Part shown: positions 19,001 to 26,809 of the stretch, one piece after another
Numbering within the stretch: position 1 is the stretch's first letter
How the letters are laid out: each line of letters begins with the position of its first letter
Source: Bacteroidales bacterium
GTDB taxonomy: Bacteria > Bacteroidota > Bacteroidia > Bacteroidales > WCHB1-69
Length of the DNA: 33,946 nt
Assembly (NCBI GenBank): GCA_031264975.1
Contig: JAISDH010000369.1
Location: forward strand, 1 to 33,946
Direction of reading: 5' to 3'
Notes under the pieces: generated by a model
Told to the model about the DNA's origin: nothing
The model's input: only the letters and a program-made list of their open reading frames with translations
Database searches by the model: none
Program-made: the position numbers and the translations under genes

Positions 19001-21815
19001 TGCTGCGGAAGAAAATTTATCAATAGCCCAAGGTGAAGACGGTGCAAGCAAAGCCCAGTTACGCGGATTAGAACGGCGCAAGGCTTCGATAGAAACACGC
19101 CTTGCGGTCGTAAATGAAAAAATAAACATCAAAAAAGACAATGTGCCGGATTTTGAGGAATTGGGTATTGACCATATTTTTGTTGATGAAAGCCACCAGT
19201 TCAAAAACCTGACGTTTGCAACCCGGCATAACCAGGTTGCCGGGTTAGGCAACCCGACCGGCAGCGGGCGGGCGTTGAATTTACTTTATGCTATCCGCAC
19301 TATTCAAAATCGCACAGGCAAGGATTTGGGCGCCACATTTCTGTCGGGAACTACTATCAGTAACTCTTTAACCGAGTTATATCTCATTTTTAAATATTTA
19401 CGTCCAAAAGCCTTGGCAGAGCAGAGTGTTCACTCTTTTGATGCTTGGGCGGCCGTGTATGCTAAGAAAACTACCGACTACGAATTTTCTGTAACTAACC
19501 AAATCGTCCAAAAAGACCGCTTCCGGCACTTTATCAAGGTGCCCGAACTTGCCGCTTTTTATTCCGAAATTACCGACTTTAAAACGGCTGCGGATATAGG
19601 TGTTGAACGACCGGAAAAAAACGAAATCCTTTACAACATTCCACCCACGCCGGAACAGGAACAATTCACCAAAAAATTAGTGCAATTCGCCAAGACAGGC
19701 GATGCTACCATACTTGGCCGAGAACCGCTCTCGGAGAGCGAGGAAATGGCCAAAATGCTGTTGGCGACCAATTATGCTCGCAAAATGTCGCTTGACATGC
19801 GGCTAATAAGCCCTGCATACGAAGACCATGTGGATAACAAACTATCTCATTGTGCCAATAAAATTTTTGAGTACTACAAGAAGTTCGACACACAAAAGGG
19901 GACACAATTCATATTCTCCGATTTAGGCACGTATAAAAGTGGAGAGTGGAATGTTTATGATGAGCTAAGACATAAATTAATCGACAAGGGGATTCTTGAA
20001 AAAGAAATAAAATTTGTCCACGAAGCCACGACAGACAAGAAGCGGGATGAGATGTTTCAGGCAATGAATGACGGCAAAATTCGTGTGCTTATAGGCTCCA
20101 CTCAAAAACTGGGAACAGGGGTAAATGCCCAGGAGCGTGCTGTAGCCGTTCATCACCTTGACACGCCCTGGCGCCCATCCGACCTTGAGCAGCGCACAGG
20201 CCGTGCCGTCCGTACCGGCAATAAAGTTGCCAAGCAATTTAACGACAATAAAGTGGATGTGTATATCTATGCTACCGAGCGTACGTTAGACACTTATAAA
20301 TTCAATTTATTACAAAATAAACAGACATTTATTTCCCAAATAAAAAACAATAAATTAGGTTGCCGTAGCATTGACGAAGGCAGCATTGATGAAGCTTCCG
20401 GGATGAATTTCGCAGAGTATGTTGCAATCCTGTCAGGTGACACCAATTTGTTAGAAAAAGCTAAATTAGAGAAGAAAGTTACTGTTTTGGAGAGTGAAAG
20501 AACGATGTTTTATAACGATCGTTATAAAACATCCAAGCAAATAGAGGAAATCAATGGAAAAATAGAAGAAAATAATACCATTATTTCCCGTTTAAAAAGC
20601 GATTTAAAAGCTTTTCAGGAGCAACAGCGTAAATTTCCGAATATATTGCCAAATATTGAACCAGGGGGAGAGGGCAGCAACTTGGAACATATTGCCAAAC
20701 AATTACACATTATCAGGGAAACAGCAAAGACGAAGGGCAGTTATCAGCCCATCGGAACACTGGGCGAGTTCACCTTGCTTGTAAAAACAGAAGCATCAAT
20801 GAAGGAGGGTTTTGAATTTGTAGAAAACCGTTTTTTTGTTGAGCATCCACAGAGCAAAATTAAATATTCATATAATCATGGCATTCTTGCCCAAGATGCC
20901 GAAAAAGCTTGTGCAAATTTTATCAATGCCCTGAATCGCATTCCCGAAACTATAGAAGACTATGAACATAGAAATGATGATTTAATAAAACCGCTACCGG
21001 TGCTACAGGAAATGGTAAGTAAAGAATGGACGAAGGAGGAGGAACTTCGGGAGTTGAAAGGTAAATTGTCGGGGCTGGATGTTACCCTTCAGGGTGTTGT
21101 GGAGCAGGAGCATCCTTCCGGCGACCACGAGGCTGCCCTCTCTCAATCCACTCAAGATTACAAAGCGCCAGAAATCGCTGCTGCGGATCCCGAAACATCT
21201 GTTGAAGTATTAGCGGAACTGGCAAAAAATAAAGATTGGCATATTCGCGAAAGTGTCGCAAAAAATCCCAATACATCGGTGGAAACGCTTGCTACATTGG
21301 CAAAAGATGAAAATTCGGAAGTGCGGGCGGCGGTGGCCGGAAATCCCAATACACCAGGAGAAACGCTAGAACTACTGGCAAAGGACGAACGAGGGTTTGT
21401 TCGTAATAGTGTTGCCGGTAATCCTAAAACACCGACTGAAGTGCTGAAACTGCTGGCAAAAGATGAAGGTGTGCCTATTCGCGATAATATTGCCAAAAAT
21501 CCTAACACTCCTGTTGAAACTCTTACAGAGCTGGCAAAGGATAAAAATGTATTTGTTCGCATATATGTTGCCGACAACCCCAACACACTGCCGAAAATAT
21601 TGGCTGAGTTGGCAAAGGATAAAGATGAGCGAGTTCGCAAAGATGCACAGTATAACATTCAGAAACAAGGACTTGATTTGGGACATCCCGAGATTAAGGC
21701 ATCGGGAAAAATAGAGCCGAAAAAAGCCCCATCGCCGGCATTGGCATCGGCCATCAAACGGCAACCGGTAGCAGGGAAAACGGCCGGAAAGAGAGTGGGA
21801 AAGATAATGCACTGA
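16086..21815 (+). CDS. Fused N6-adenine DNA methyltransferase + SNF2/DEAD-type helicase (P1 DarB-like) with C-terminal LRV-like array
   Basis: 1909 aa.
- **MTase motifs:** FYTSSEIV; motif [13 protein letters not shown] (from nt 16473); motif IV NIPFG (nt 16677).
- **Helicase motifs:** motif I GGGKTM (~18689); DExH as VDESHQFKN (~19185); motif [13 protein letters not shown] (~20189).
- **C-terminal part:** a coiled-coil region, then six LRV-like units, then the basic tail [10 protein letters not shown]. Confidence 0.88.
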   Translation: MAYSKKHQLQQNVEVIKQLLLLEILKQKAIPEQLDLFKRFSGFGALKCILLPTEKEEDKQHWPKSELELFPLAQELHRVLATHELQGAGDYKRYMDSIKNSVLTAFYTSSEIVQSIATSLSAAGIQATNILDPSAGATGQFVQDFKAVFPQSNIVGYEKDLISGKILQHLYSNEKIHIAGFETIPGGSNDRFDIVASNIPFGDISVPDTAFHLSKEPTRQLAARHIHNYFFLKGIDTLHEGGILAFITSQGVADAPANKPIREWLMSKANLVSAIRLPNNLFLENAGTEVGSDLIILQKNSRKAQLSDNEKQFIETGQTKAGIGINKYIYNRANLIFTDTKIGTDPYGKPAVILTHSGGVPGIAADLKKNLIRDFSGKLDISLYQQHASVNVNQPQPKQQAPSSEPILTLYDLFGFSTPSAQQAILPKPPEQAADPKPQSQKYTGKIAGYHKPGALVKNDRSEVGVLSTDADNNFIFTPLLLQENRDKIAHYIDVRDAYYSLYSTEQITQTENQSGRERLNQLYDEFIARYGVLNSKENRTLVDMDANRVEMLAVERLKDEHYVKTDIFHRPVAFAQHVEIATPEEALLASLDRYGEVRLDFISKEVNISEEEAFRQLENKIYYNPLSKANYEIAAKFLSGNIVEKIDAFSDFVRRNGESEQLANSIAALQKVIPEKIPFELLEFNFGERWIPGKVYNEFATHLFQTETEVRYYTASDEFVVKVQGHATAEIYNKYNIRTEARNYNGIKLMQYALHNTTPNVTKTVEINGEEHKVRDTQAIQRINAKTEEIRNEFTKWLNQQPQAFKDEITDLYNRKFNSFVKATYDGTHQTLPGLSFEKFKYKSLYDSQKNAVWMLKQNGGGIIDHEVGGGKTMIMCCAAHEMKRLGLANRPMIIGLKANIQAIAETYRDAYPDAKILYPGKGDFTVNNREKFINKIKNNDWDCVILTHEQFGNIPQSLKVQKSILNEELDAAEENLSIAQGEDGASKAQLRGLERRKASIETRLAVVNEKINIKKDNVPDFEELGIDHIFVDESHQFKNLTFATRHNQVAGLGNPTGSGRALNLLYAIRTIQNRTGKDLGATFLSGTTISNSLTELYLIFKYLRPKALAEQSVHSFDAWAAVYAKKTTDYEFSVTNQIVQKDRFRHFIKVPELAAFYSEITDFKTAADIGVERPEKNEILYNIPPTPEQEQFTKKLVQFAKTGDATILGREPLSESEEMAKMLLATNYARKMSLDMRLISPAYEDHVDNKLSHCANKIFEYYKKFDTQKGTQFIFSDLGTYKSGEWNVYDELRHKLIDKGILEKEIKFVHEATTDKKRDEMFQAMNDGKIRVLIGSTQKLGTGVNAQERAVAVHHLDTPWRPSDLEQRTGRAVRTGNKVAKQFNDNKVDVYIYATERTLDTYKFNLLQNKQTFISQIKNNKLGCRSIDEGSIDEASGMNFAEYVAILSGDTNLLEKAKLEKKVTVLESERTMFYNDRYKTSKQIEEINGKIEENNTIISRLKSDLKAFQEQQRKFPNILPNIEPGGEGSNLEHIAKQLHIIRETAKTKGSYQPIGTLGEFTLLVKTEASMKEGFEFVENRFFVEHPQSKIKYSYNHGILAQDAEKACANFINALNRIPETIEDYEHRNDDLIKPLPVLQEMVSKEWTKEEELRELKGKLSGLDVTLQGVVEQEHPSGDHEAALSQSTQDYKAPEIAAADPETSVEVLAELAKNKDWHIRESVAKNPNTSVETLATLAKDENSEVRAAVAGNPNTPGETLELLAKDERGFVRNSVAGNPKTPTEVLKLLAKDEGVPIRDNIAKNPNTPVETLTELAKDKNVFVRIYVADNPNTLPKILAELAKDKDERVRKDAQYNIQKQGLDLGHPEIKASGKIEPKKAPSPALASAIKRQPVAGKTAGKRVGKIMH
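21186..21656 (+). repeat. In-frame 78-bp repeat array (about 6 units) at the 3' end of the methylase-helicase gene
   Basis: The translated units are [61 protein letters not shown]... They have the same consensus as the two upstream paralogs and are visibly related at DNA level, for example AATCCCAATACATCGGTGGAAACGCTTGCTACATTGGCAAAAGATGAA. Confidence 0.85.
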
Positions 21816-21819
21816 AATT

Positions 21820-21871
21820 ATAGTAATTACTATTTTTAATATTAAAAATATGAATAAATATCTATTCATAT
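21820..21871 (+). terminator. Three consecutive AT-rich hairpins after the 1909-aa gene
   Basis: ATAGTAATTACTAT (21820-21833) and TTTTTAATATTAAAAA (21833-21848) are perfect palindromes. ATATGAATA-6 nt-TATTCATAT spans 21848-21871. They begin 5 nt after the stop. The stems are weak (A/T only), so terminator function is tentative. Confidence 0.4.
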
Positions 21872-21895
21872 TAAAATAAATCATTAACTTTGCAC

Positions 21896-22099
21896 ATGAA
21901 TAAAAAAGAAGTTGGCAATAAAATTCGTAAATTGCGCATAAAAAACGGTATCTCTACTTATTTATTAAGACAGGAAGGATGGTGTAGTAATACGATTACT
22001 AATATTGAAAAGGCAAAATCTAATTACACTATTGATAATATACTCAAACTGTGTGACAGGATAGGTGCAGAAATAAATATTCAGGAAAAAGAAAAATAG
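21896..22099 (+). CDS. XRE-family helix-turn-helix protein
   Basis: The protein begins MNKKEVGNKIRKLRIKNGISTYLL..., with NTITNIEKAKSNYTIDNILKLCDRIG matching the Cro/C1-type HTH pattern. The ORF-track start at 21890 is a TTG, so the ATG at 21896 is preferred. Confidence 0.6.
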   Translation: MNKKEVGNKIRKLRIKNGISTYLLRQEGWCSNTITNIEKAKSNYTIDNILKLCDRIGAEINIQEKEK

Positions 22100-22121
22100 A
22101 TTTATTAAATAAAAAAATATC

Positions 22122-22619
22122 ATGGAAACGAAAAACTTCACCACAGTTGCCGAAGTTGCGCAAAAAATAGGGTTAAATAATCTTGCACTTAGGCTATTAG
22201 AATATCTCAACCAATATCATCCGGATTTAGCCTTGGATTATGACTTTATTATGGGACGAGCCGGCTATGCCGCCACCGTCCGGGATGATATGATAAGGAG
22301 CAGTGATGGGAATCCGGCGTTGCAACAGAAGGCTGAAAGCGAATGTAATCGCGTCCTGATGGCCGACCTTGAGTTTTCCGAACATTCCATTATTTTTGGA
22401 ATTATAGATGAATACTATTATGAGCAGGGTCGCACGAAGAAACCCGCGGAAGTGAAAGGCCTGGCTATAGAACTGCGGCCGCATTTAAAGAATATTTTTG
22501 CGAAATATCCTACCGATAATCCCGAATTTACGGCAGAGGTGGAGTATGACGAAATGGTCGAGGAACTGCAAGAAGAAATAGAAAAATTGTTGCAGAAAAG
22601 AGATGAGTTGCCGTTTTGA
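22122..22619 (+). CDS. DUF1896-type protein
   Basis: 165 aa. The pattern LRLLEYLNQYHPDLALDYDFIMGRAGYAA...ECNRVLMADLEFSEHSIIFGIIDEYY resembles the DUF1896 family. In Bacteroides CTns that family usually precedes a topoisomerase gene, and none is present here. Confidence 0.55.
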   Translation: METKNFTTVAEVAQKIGLNNLALRLLEYLNQYHPDLALDYDFIMGRAGYAATVRDDMIRSSDGNPALQQKAESECNRVLMADLEFSEHSIIFGIIDEYYYEQGRTKKPAEVKGLAIELRPHLKNIFAKYPTDNPEFTAEVEYDEMVEELQEEIEKLLQKRDELPF

Positions 22620-22655
22620 TTTCGTAAATTTGTCAAATATTCAAAGCATTAAATT

Positions 22656-23483
22656 ATGATAGAACAGCAAATTGAGAAAACGATTAAAGAATATAAAGCG
22701 CTTAATCTTGATGAAGTAATTGATTACGAAAAACACAAATTGTATTCAATCGTAGCAAATTCAACAGCCCTTGAGGGATCTACGCTCACAGAAGTTGACA
22801 CTCAATTATTGTTGGATGAAGGTATCACGGCCAACGGAAAACCGCTTGAACACCACTTGATGGTGAAAGATAATCACGAAGCAATGAACCAGGCACTACA
22901 GTTGGCTAATCAAAAAACGCCCATAACGCCAGGACTCTTACAGACAATTAATGGATTAAATATGAAGAATACGGGCGAAATTGTTCATTCTGCACTGGGC
23001 ACTGTAGATGGGACAAAGGGAGAATTTCGAAAGGTTCAGGCACTCTCGCAATATCTCGGCTATTATCTTGCCCCAACAAAAATTGATGCTGCCGTGGATG
23101 CATTTTGCGCCGAAGCCCAACAATACATGCAGGCAAATCATTTTCCTTCCGAAGCGTTAAAATTTAGTTTTGCGGCACAGGCAAAATTAATAATGATACA
23201 CCCCTGGCAAGATGGCAACAAACGCACATCCCGGATTATATCAAATTATGTACAGCAATATTTTGGATTACCTTTAGGTAAAGTAGATAAATCTGACGGG
23301 CGGGAGTACCTCGAAAACCTGAAGATTTTTAAGGAAACCGGGAATATAGAACCATTCACCAAATTTATGTCGGAAAAGTATATAGAATTGCTTCAAAAGG
23401 AAATTTGCCAAAATAAGGAAAACCTAAATTGGGATATGCCGAAAGACATCACTCCTCGAAAAGTCAGTAAGTTAAAATTATAA
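22656..23483 (+). CDS. Fic/Doc-family protein
   Basis: 275 aa. The active-site motif is HPWQDGNKRTSR, of the form HxFx(D/E)GN(G/K)RxxR. An upstream STALEG fits the (S/T)xxxE(G/N) inhibitory-helix motif. Confidence 0.85.
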   Translation: MIEQQIEKTIKEYKALNLDEVIDYEKHKLYSIVANSTALEGSTLTEVDTQLLLDEGITANGKPLEHHLMVKDNHEAMNQALQLANQKTPITPGLLQTINGLNMKNTGEIVHSALGTVDGTKGEFRKVQALSQYLGYYLAPTKIDAAVDAFCAEAQQYMQANHFPSEALKFSFAAQAKLIMIHPWQDGNKRTSRIISNYVQQYFGLPLGKVDKSDGREYLENLKIFKETGNIEPFTKFMSEKYIELLQKEICQNKENLNWDMPKDITPRKVSKLKL

Positions 23484-23517
23484 AAATAACAAAAACTTGA
23501 AATCATGAAAAAATCAT

Positions 23518-23541
23518 TATCTTTGTACCAAATTTGGTACA
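23518..23541 (+). promoter_or_regulatory. Promoter -7 box plus palindromic operator of TA pair 1
   Basis: TATCTTTG (23518-23525, the TAnnTTTG consensus) overlaps a perfect 18-bp palindrome, TGTACCAAATTTGGTACA (23524-23541). The palindrome ends 14 nt before the antitoxin ATG. Confidence 0.55.
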
Positions 23542-23554
23542 CAAAATATAAATT

Positions 23555-23821
23555 ATGAATATGGAAGTATTGGAAGTTACAAGCCGGCAATTTCGGGAAA
23601 AGCAAAAAAACTTTTTCGATATGGCAGACACTGGTCGTCAAATAGTCATTCGCAGGGGAAGAAAGCAAGCATACTTCCTCTCACCTGTTGAAGAGGACGA
23701 TTTTGTCGTTACACCCAAACTTTTGAAAAAATTAGAACAAGCCCGCCAGGAGTTCAAAGATGGGAAAACAACAGTATGTAGAACGTTCGAGGAAAATGTA
23801 AAATTTCTTGACTCTTTATGA
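23555..23821 (+). CDS. Antitoxin partner of the Txe/YoeB-type toxin (pair 1)
   Basis: 88 aa. It overlaps the toxin gene by 4 nt (ATGA). It is a paralog of the 32346-32600 product, sharing SREFR..Q..YF....G..I...RG...AY.L, FTPE/TPK and SLKFLESL/NVKFLDSL. Confidence 0.7.
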   Translation: MNMEVLEVTSRQFREKQKNFFDMADTGRQIVIRRGRKQAYFLSPVEEDDFVVTPKLLKKLEQARQEFKDGKTTVCRTFEENVKFLDSL

Positions 23822-24093
23822 CTTACGAAATACATTACTCGAAAGAAGCTTCGACGGCCATTGCAAAGTACAAAAAGTCAAACCCCGCCGCCTATAAAAA
23901 ACTCACATGCCTGCTCAAGGAACTAATGGAACATCCGAGGGCAGGGACAGGTCACCCTGAGCCTTTGGTAAAAGGAAATTCAACAACATATTCAAGACGT
24001 ATCTCAGCTTCCGCAAGGGTCATTTACGACATTTATGACGACATTGTTGTAGTTTTGATTATATCCGTAGAAGGACATTACAATGACAAATAA
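23818..24093 (+). CDS. Txe/YoeB (RelE-superfamily) toxin (pair 1)
   Basis: 91 aa. The blocks EIHYSKEA...KYKKSNP..YKKL..LLKELMEHPRAGTGHPEPL...YSRRI...RVIYDIYDD.VVVLIISVEGHYNDK match the Bacteroidetes Txe/YoeB addiction-module toxin pattern. Confidence 0.8.
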   Translation: MTYEIHYSKEASTAIAKYKKSNPAAYKKLTCLLKELMEHPRAGTGHPEPLVKGNSTTYSRRISASARVIYDIYDDIVVVLIISVEGHYNDK

Positions 24094-24144
24094 AAATTAT
24101 AAAAATAAATACTATTTTTGCAAAAATAACAAAAATTTGAAACT

Positions 24145-24435
24145 ATGAAAAAATTATTATTCAATTCAACTCGGTTAGCTTTATGCTTTGGTTTATTGTT
24201 TATTGTAGTATCATGCAATAAAGATGGAGATAATGAAGACACAAGTGCGAGTATTTGCTATACGTGTATATCTACCACTACTACTATAATCTCAGGTGTC
24301 GCGCAAGACCCGACGACGACACAACAAACAGTATGTGGAGTTACTGACGTAGCGGCTTTAGAAAGATCAGGTACACACAGCGCCACATCAGGAGACATCA
24401 CAAGTAATACAGTGATGCACTGTACAAGGCAATAA
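24145..24435 (+). CDS. Small Cys/Thr-rich lipoprotein
   Basis: 96 aa with a signal peptide and lipobox VVS|C (LLFIVVSCNKDG). A TAnnTTTG box, TATTTTTG, lies at 24113-24120, 24 nt upstream. Confidence 0.6.
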   Translation: MKKLLFNSTRLALCFGLLFIVVSCNKDGDNEDTSASICYTCISTTTTIISGVAQDPTTTQQTVCGVTDVAALERSGTHSATSGDITSNTVMHCTRQ

Positions 24436-24484
24436 GGGTGCTTCATGACATTGTTACATCAATCGTTTTTATCAATTTGAAATC

Positions 24485-25612
24485 ATGAAAAAATCACTAT
24501 TACTTGTTATTGTTTGCTTACAATGCAGTATTCCCGCCTTTACTCAATCGCAAAATAATGAAATAATTAAGTGTATTAATAGCTTGGAAAAAGGCGATAC
24601 GATTCAATTTGGCCCTGCAAGCGGTCATTTTAATTATTACACTTATACAAAAAAAGATGCTGGCTTCGGGGGAGGGCTTAATGTTGAGCTGATTAAAGAC
24701 GACGATTTGATATCAAAAAAATATATAATTAAAAACCTTTTTATAACATACGATTACGTTAAAAAAGAATTTTATACAGAAACCAAACAAATAATATCTT
24801 TCGGGAAAAAAGGAGGAATTTTTGGAGTTACTTACTACGCCGATATATATGGTGCCATAAAAAGTGGAGAAATTATTCTTCAAAAGAAAAAGCAATTGAC
24901 CAAAGAGAATGAGTCGGTGGATATAAAAAACACCAATAACGAATTAACCGATACAATTGCATTCTTATATTATGTAAACGGAATAGGTTCGTCTGATAAA
25001 TTTGTTGAAGAATATTTATTTCGATATATGAATGACACATATATTCAAGCGAAAAATGACGAATTTGAATATAATAAGGCGGTAAAAAAGGCAAAAGAAC
25101 AGCTGTTACAAAATATAAAACAACAGGTGGTCGCTGATAAAAAGTTTAGCATATACGTGGGATTTACTTTGGGCAACTACGACTTTGAAAATGGAGGATT
25201 CCCAATACAAGAAGATAATCCCGCATATGTAGTAGTCCCGCGAGGAGAATATGATTTTTTCAAATATTTTAATTTCATTAGTCTTACATTTTCAAATTTT
25301 ACAGATTTTCGATTTGTGAGAGTGCCTGAGGATAATGCAAATCAACTAATAAAAAGAAGAAAAGACGAATATGGGAACATAGATAGAGAAGTGCATGCCT
25401 TGATAAATTTTAGAATTACCCAGTCATTAGATCAATCGAATGCCAAGTCAGAACCGGATATCCGCACCGAAACGGAAAGAAAAATTGATTATATGAATAC
25501 AGGGCGTACGGAAAAAGATTACGAACGACAATTCATCGGGGAAATAATAAGTATTGAAATGTACGAATCCAAGAGATTTATTCCAGAAAGTCTGATAGGA
25601 ATTATAGAGTAA
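24485..25612 (+). CDS. Secreted protein of unknown function
   Basis: 375 aa with a signal peptide, MKKSLLLVIVCLQCSIPAFTQSQ. I recognise no catalytic motif. The stop abuts the stop of the convergent gene with zero spacer. Confidence 0.6.
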   Translation: MKKSLLLVIVCLQCSIPAFTQSQNNEIIKCINSLEKGDTIQFGPASGHFNYYTYTKKDAGFGGGLNVELIKDDDLISKKYIIKNLFITYDYVKKEFYTETKQIISFGKKGGIFGVTYYADIYGAIKSGEIILQKKKQLTKENESVDIKNTNNELTDTIAFLYYVNGIGSSDKFVEEYLFRYMNDTYIQAKNDEFEYNKAVKKAKEQLLQNIKQQVVADKKFSIYVGFTLGNYDFENGGFPIQEDNPAYVVVPRGEYDFFKYFNFISLTFSNFTDFRFVRVPEDNANQLIKRRKDEYGNIDREVHALINFRITQSLDQSNAKSEPDIRTETERKIDYMNTGRTEKDYERQFIGEIISIEMYESKRFIPESLIGIIE

Positions 25613-26116
25613 TTAACTACAATTATCTTGCTGTTGGTTTTTTATTGCCTGTTTCCGCTCTTTGGCGATGTCATTAATAATGTTGACAATTTGATGAAAT
25701 TCAGCATCATTGAGTGCTATATTAAATACAGGCAATGTTAAAAAACCATCTCTAAAAGAATAATAACTTCGCCATAAATCGCTTTTTAACTGGTTAGGAT
25801 TATTAGCATGTTGCGAACCATTAACCTCGATATACAACTTCGCAGCAAGTATGGCTATATCTACAGTTTTATATTCATCCTCATGTTCCAATTCCGGGTC
25901 CCAATTCCGAGCCTTAAGTGCTAAATACAATTTTTTTTGTTCAGGTGTTATTTCTCTTGTTACGCCTTTTTTAGATTGCCTTTCTTGTATATCATCTATT
26001 AGAGCACGCATCTCCTTGATGTTCGCATGGCAAGAGGGGCACTTTGGCCATTGTTTATACCCATCATCAAGTTGATTATCGCAAATTTCACATCGTTTTA
26101 TTGATTCTGCTTCCAT
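25613..26116 (-). CDS. Zn-ribbon + DUF559/Vsr-like (PD-(D/E)xK) endonuclease-domain protein
   Basis: 167 aa. The N-terminus has CEIC...CPSC. The C-terminal half, LYLALKARNW..ELEHEDEYKTVDIAILAAKLYIEVNGSQH......SDLWR..Y....GF.TLPVFN, follows the DUF559 pattern (E...D...E-V-D/N-G..H...D..R...L...G). Confidence 0.55.
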   Translation of the reverse strand: MEAESIKRCEICDNQLDDGYKQWPKCPSCHANIKEMRALIDDIQERQSKKGVTREITPEQKKLYLALKARNWDPELEHEDEYKTVDIAILAAKLYIEVNGSQHANNPNQLKSDLWRSYYSFRDGFLTLPVFNIALNDAEFHQIVNIINDIAKERKQAIKNQQQDNCS

Positions 26117-26158
26117 ATCTAAACTGTTTGGTTTTTAATTATTTGTCTTATTTTATCC

Positions 26159-26179
26159 CCATTCCTAAAAATTCAAAAT
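26159..26179 (-). promoter_or_regulatory. Shared 21-bp upstream motif, copy 1
   Basis: CCATTCCTAAAAATTCAAAAT on the plus strand lies 43-63 nt upstream of the 26116 start. It is identical to 26810-26830. Confidence 0.5.
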
Positions 26180-26193
26180 TAGGTTGTTTGTTC

Positions 26194-26760
26194 TTATAAT
26201 GGATTTTCATCTAACAATTTTAATCTTTTCATTTTTTGTAAAACAGTAATGGAGTATCCTAACTTGAATGGAAGAGCTACCGCATATAAAACGTATGTAA
26301 AAACAAATCGAACGAAAACCCCAATAATTTTAAAAATTAATGATAAAATAGGAGCGTCATACTCTGCCATAACTTCTCTTGCTTGCTGCTTTACACTCTT
26401 TTCACTATCTGGAGTAGGAGTGAATGCTTCTTTTATTGCAGCCCCTATGCCTGATATCCCCCAAATAAGCAAAGCACCAATCGTCCCAATAACAAATTCC
26501 TTGCTAATAGATGTTCCAATAAATATAAACATGCCTGGCGCAAATAAGATAGAGAACCAAATTATACGTCGTTTATGTCTGTTATACTCTGCAATAATTT
26601 TCTCCCCCTCTTTCACATGTTTTTCCGCATTGCAACGTTTACAAAGAGCCTTGGATTCTACTCTGAACTTACTCGTTATTTCACAATTTTCACACAATCC
26701 TGCGCCACAAATACCGCAGGTTGCAACAGCGTCTTCAATTATGTGATGAATACATTTCAT
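26194..26760 (-). CDS. Zn-ribbon (B-box-like) membrane protein
   Basis: 188 aa. The N-terminus has CIHH...CGICGAGLCENC...CKRC. About four hydrophobic helices follow (IIWFSILFAPGMFIFIG, IGALLIWGISGIGAAI, ILSLIFKIIGVFVRFVFTYVLYAVALPF). Confidence 0.6.
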   Translation of the reverse strand: MKCIHHIIEDAVATCGICGAGLCENCEITSKFRVESKALCKRCNAEKHVKEGEKIIAEYNRHKRRIIWFSILFAPGMFIFIGTSISKEFVIGTIGALLIWGISGIGAAIKEAFTPTPDSEKSVKQQAREVMAEYDAPILSLIFKIIGVFVRFVFTYVLYAVALPFKLGYSITVLQKMKRLKLLDENPL

Positions 26761-26809
26761 GGTTCTAATGTTTGGATTAAGTATTATAAGTATTTCTTTG
26801 ACTTCGCCA

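Noticed and set aside
21158-21884. Antisense ORFs 21158-21658(-) and 21372-21884(-), and the plus-strand ORF 21463-21714, over the 3' end of the 1909-aa gene.
   Set aside because: This is the same repeat-driven artefact as above. They lie inside a gene whose frame is supported by MTase and helicase motifs and a continuous 1909-aa ORF.
21885-21898. A TAACTTTG (-7-like) box and a TTG start at 21890 for the XRE gene.
   Set aside because: The TTG is only an ORF-track convention, and the ATG at 21896 is the more plausible start. The box would then lie only about 4 nt from the start codon, too close for a normal leader, so I do not call it a promoter.
25610-25615. Convergent genes 24485-25612(+) and 25613-26116(-) abut stop to stop (TAATTA) with no spacer or terminator.
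   Set aside because: This is real in the sequence, but most simply explained by compact cargo packing. I see no hairpin or other structure to support a functional claim.
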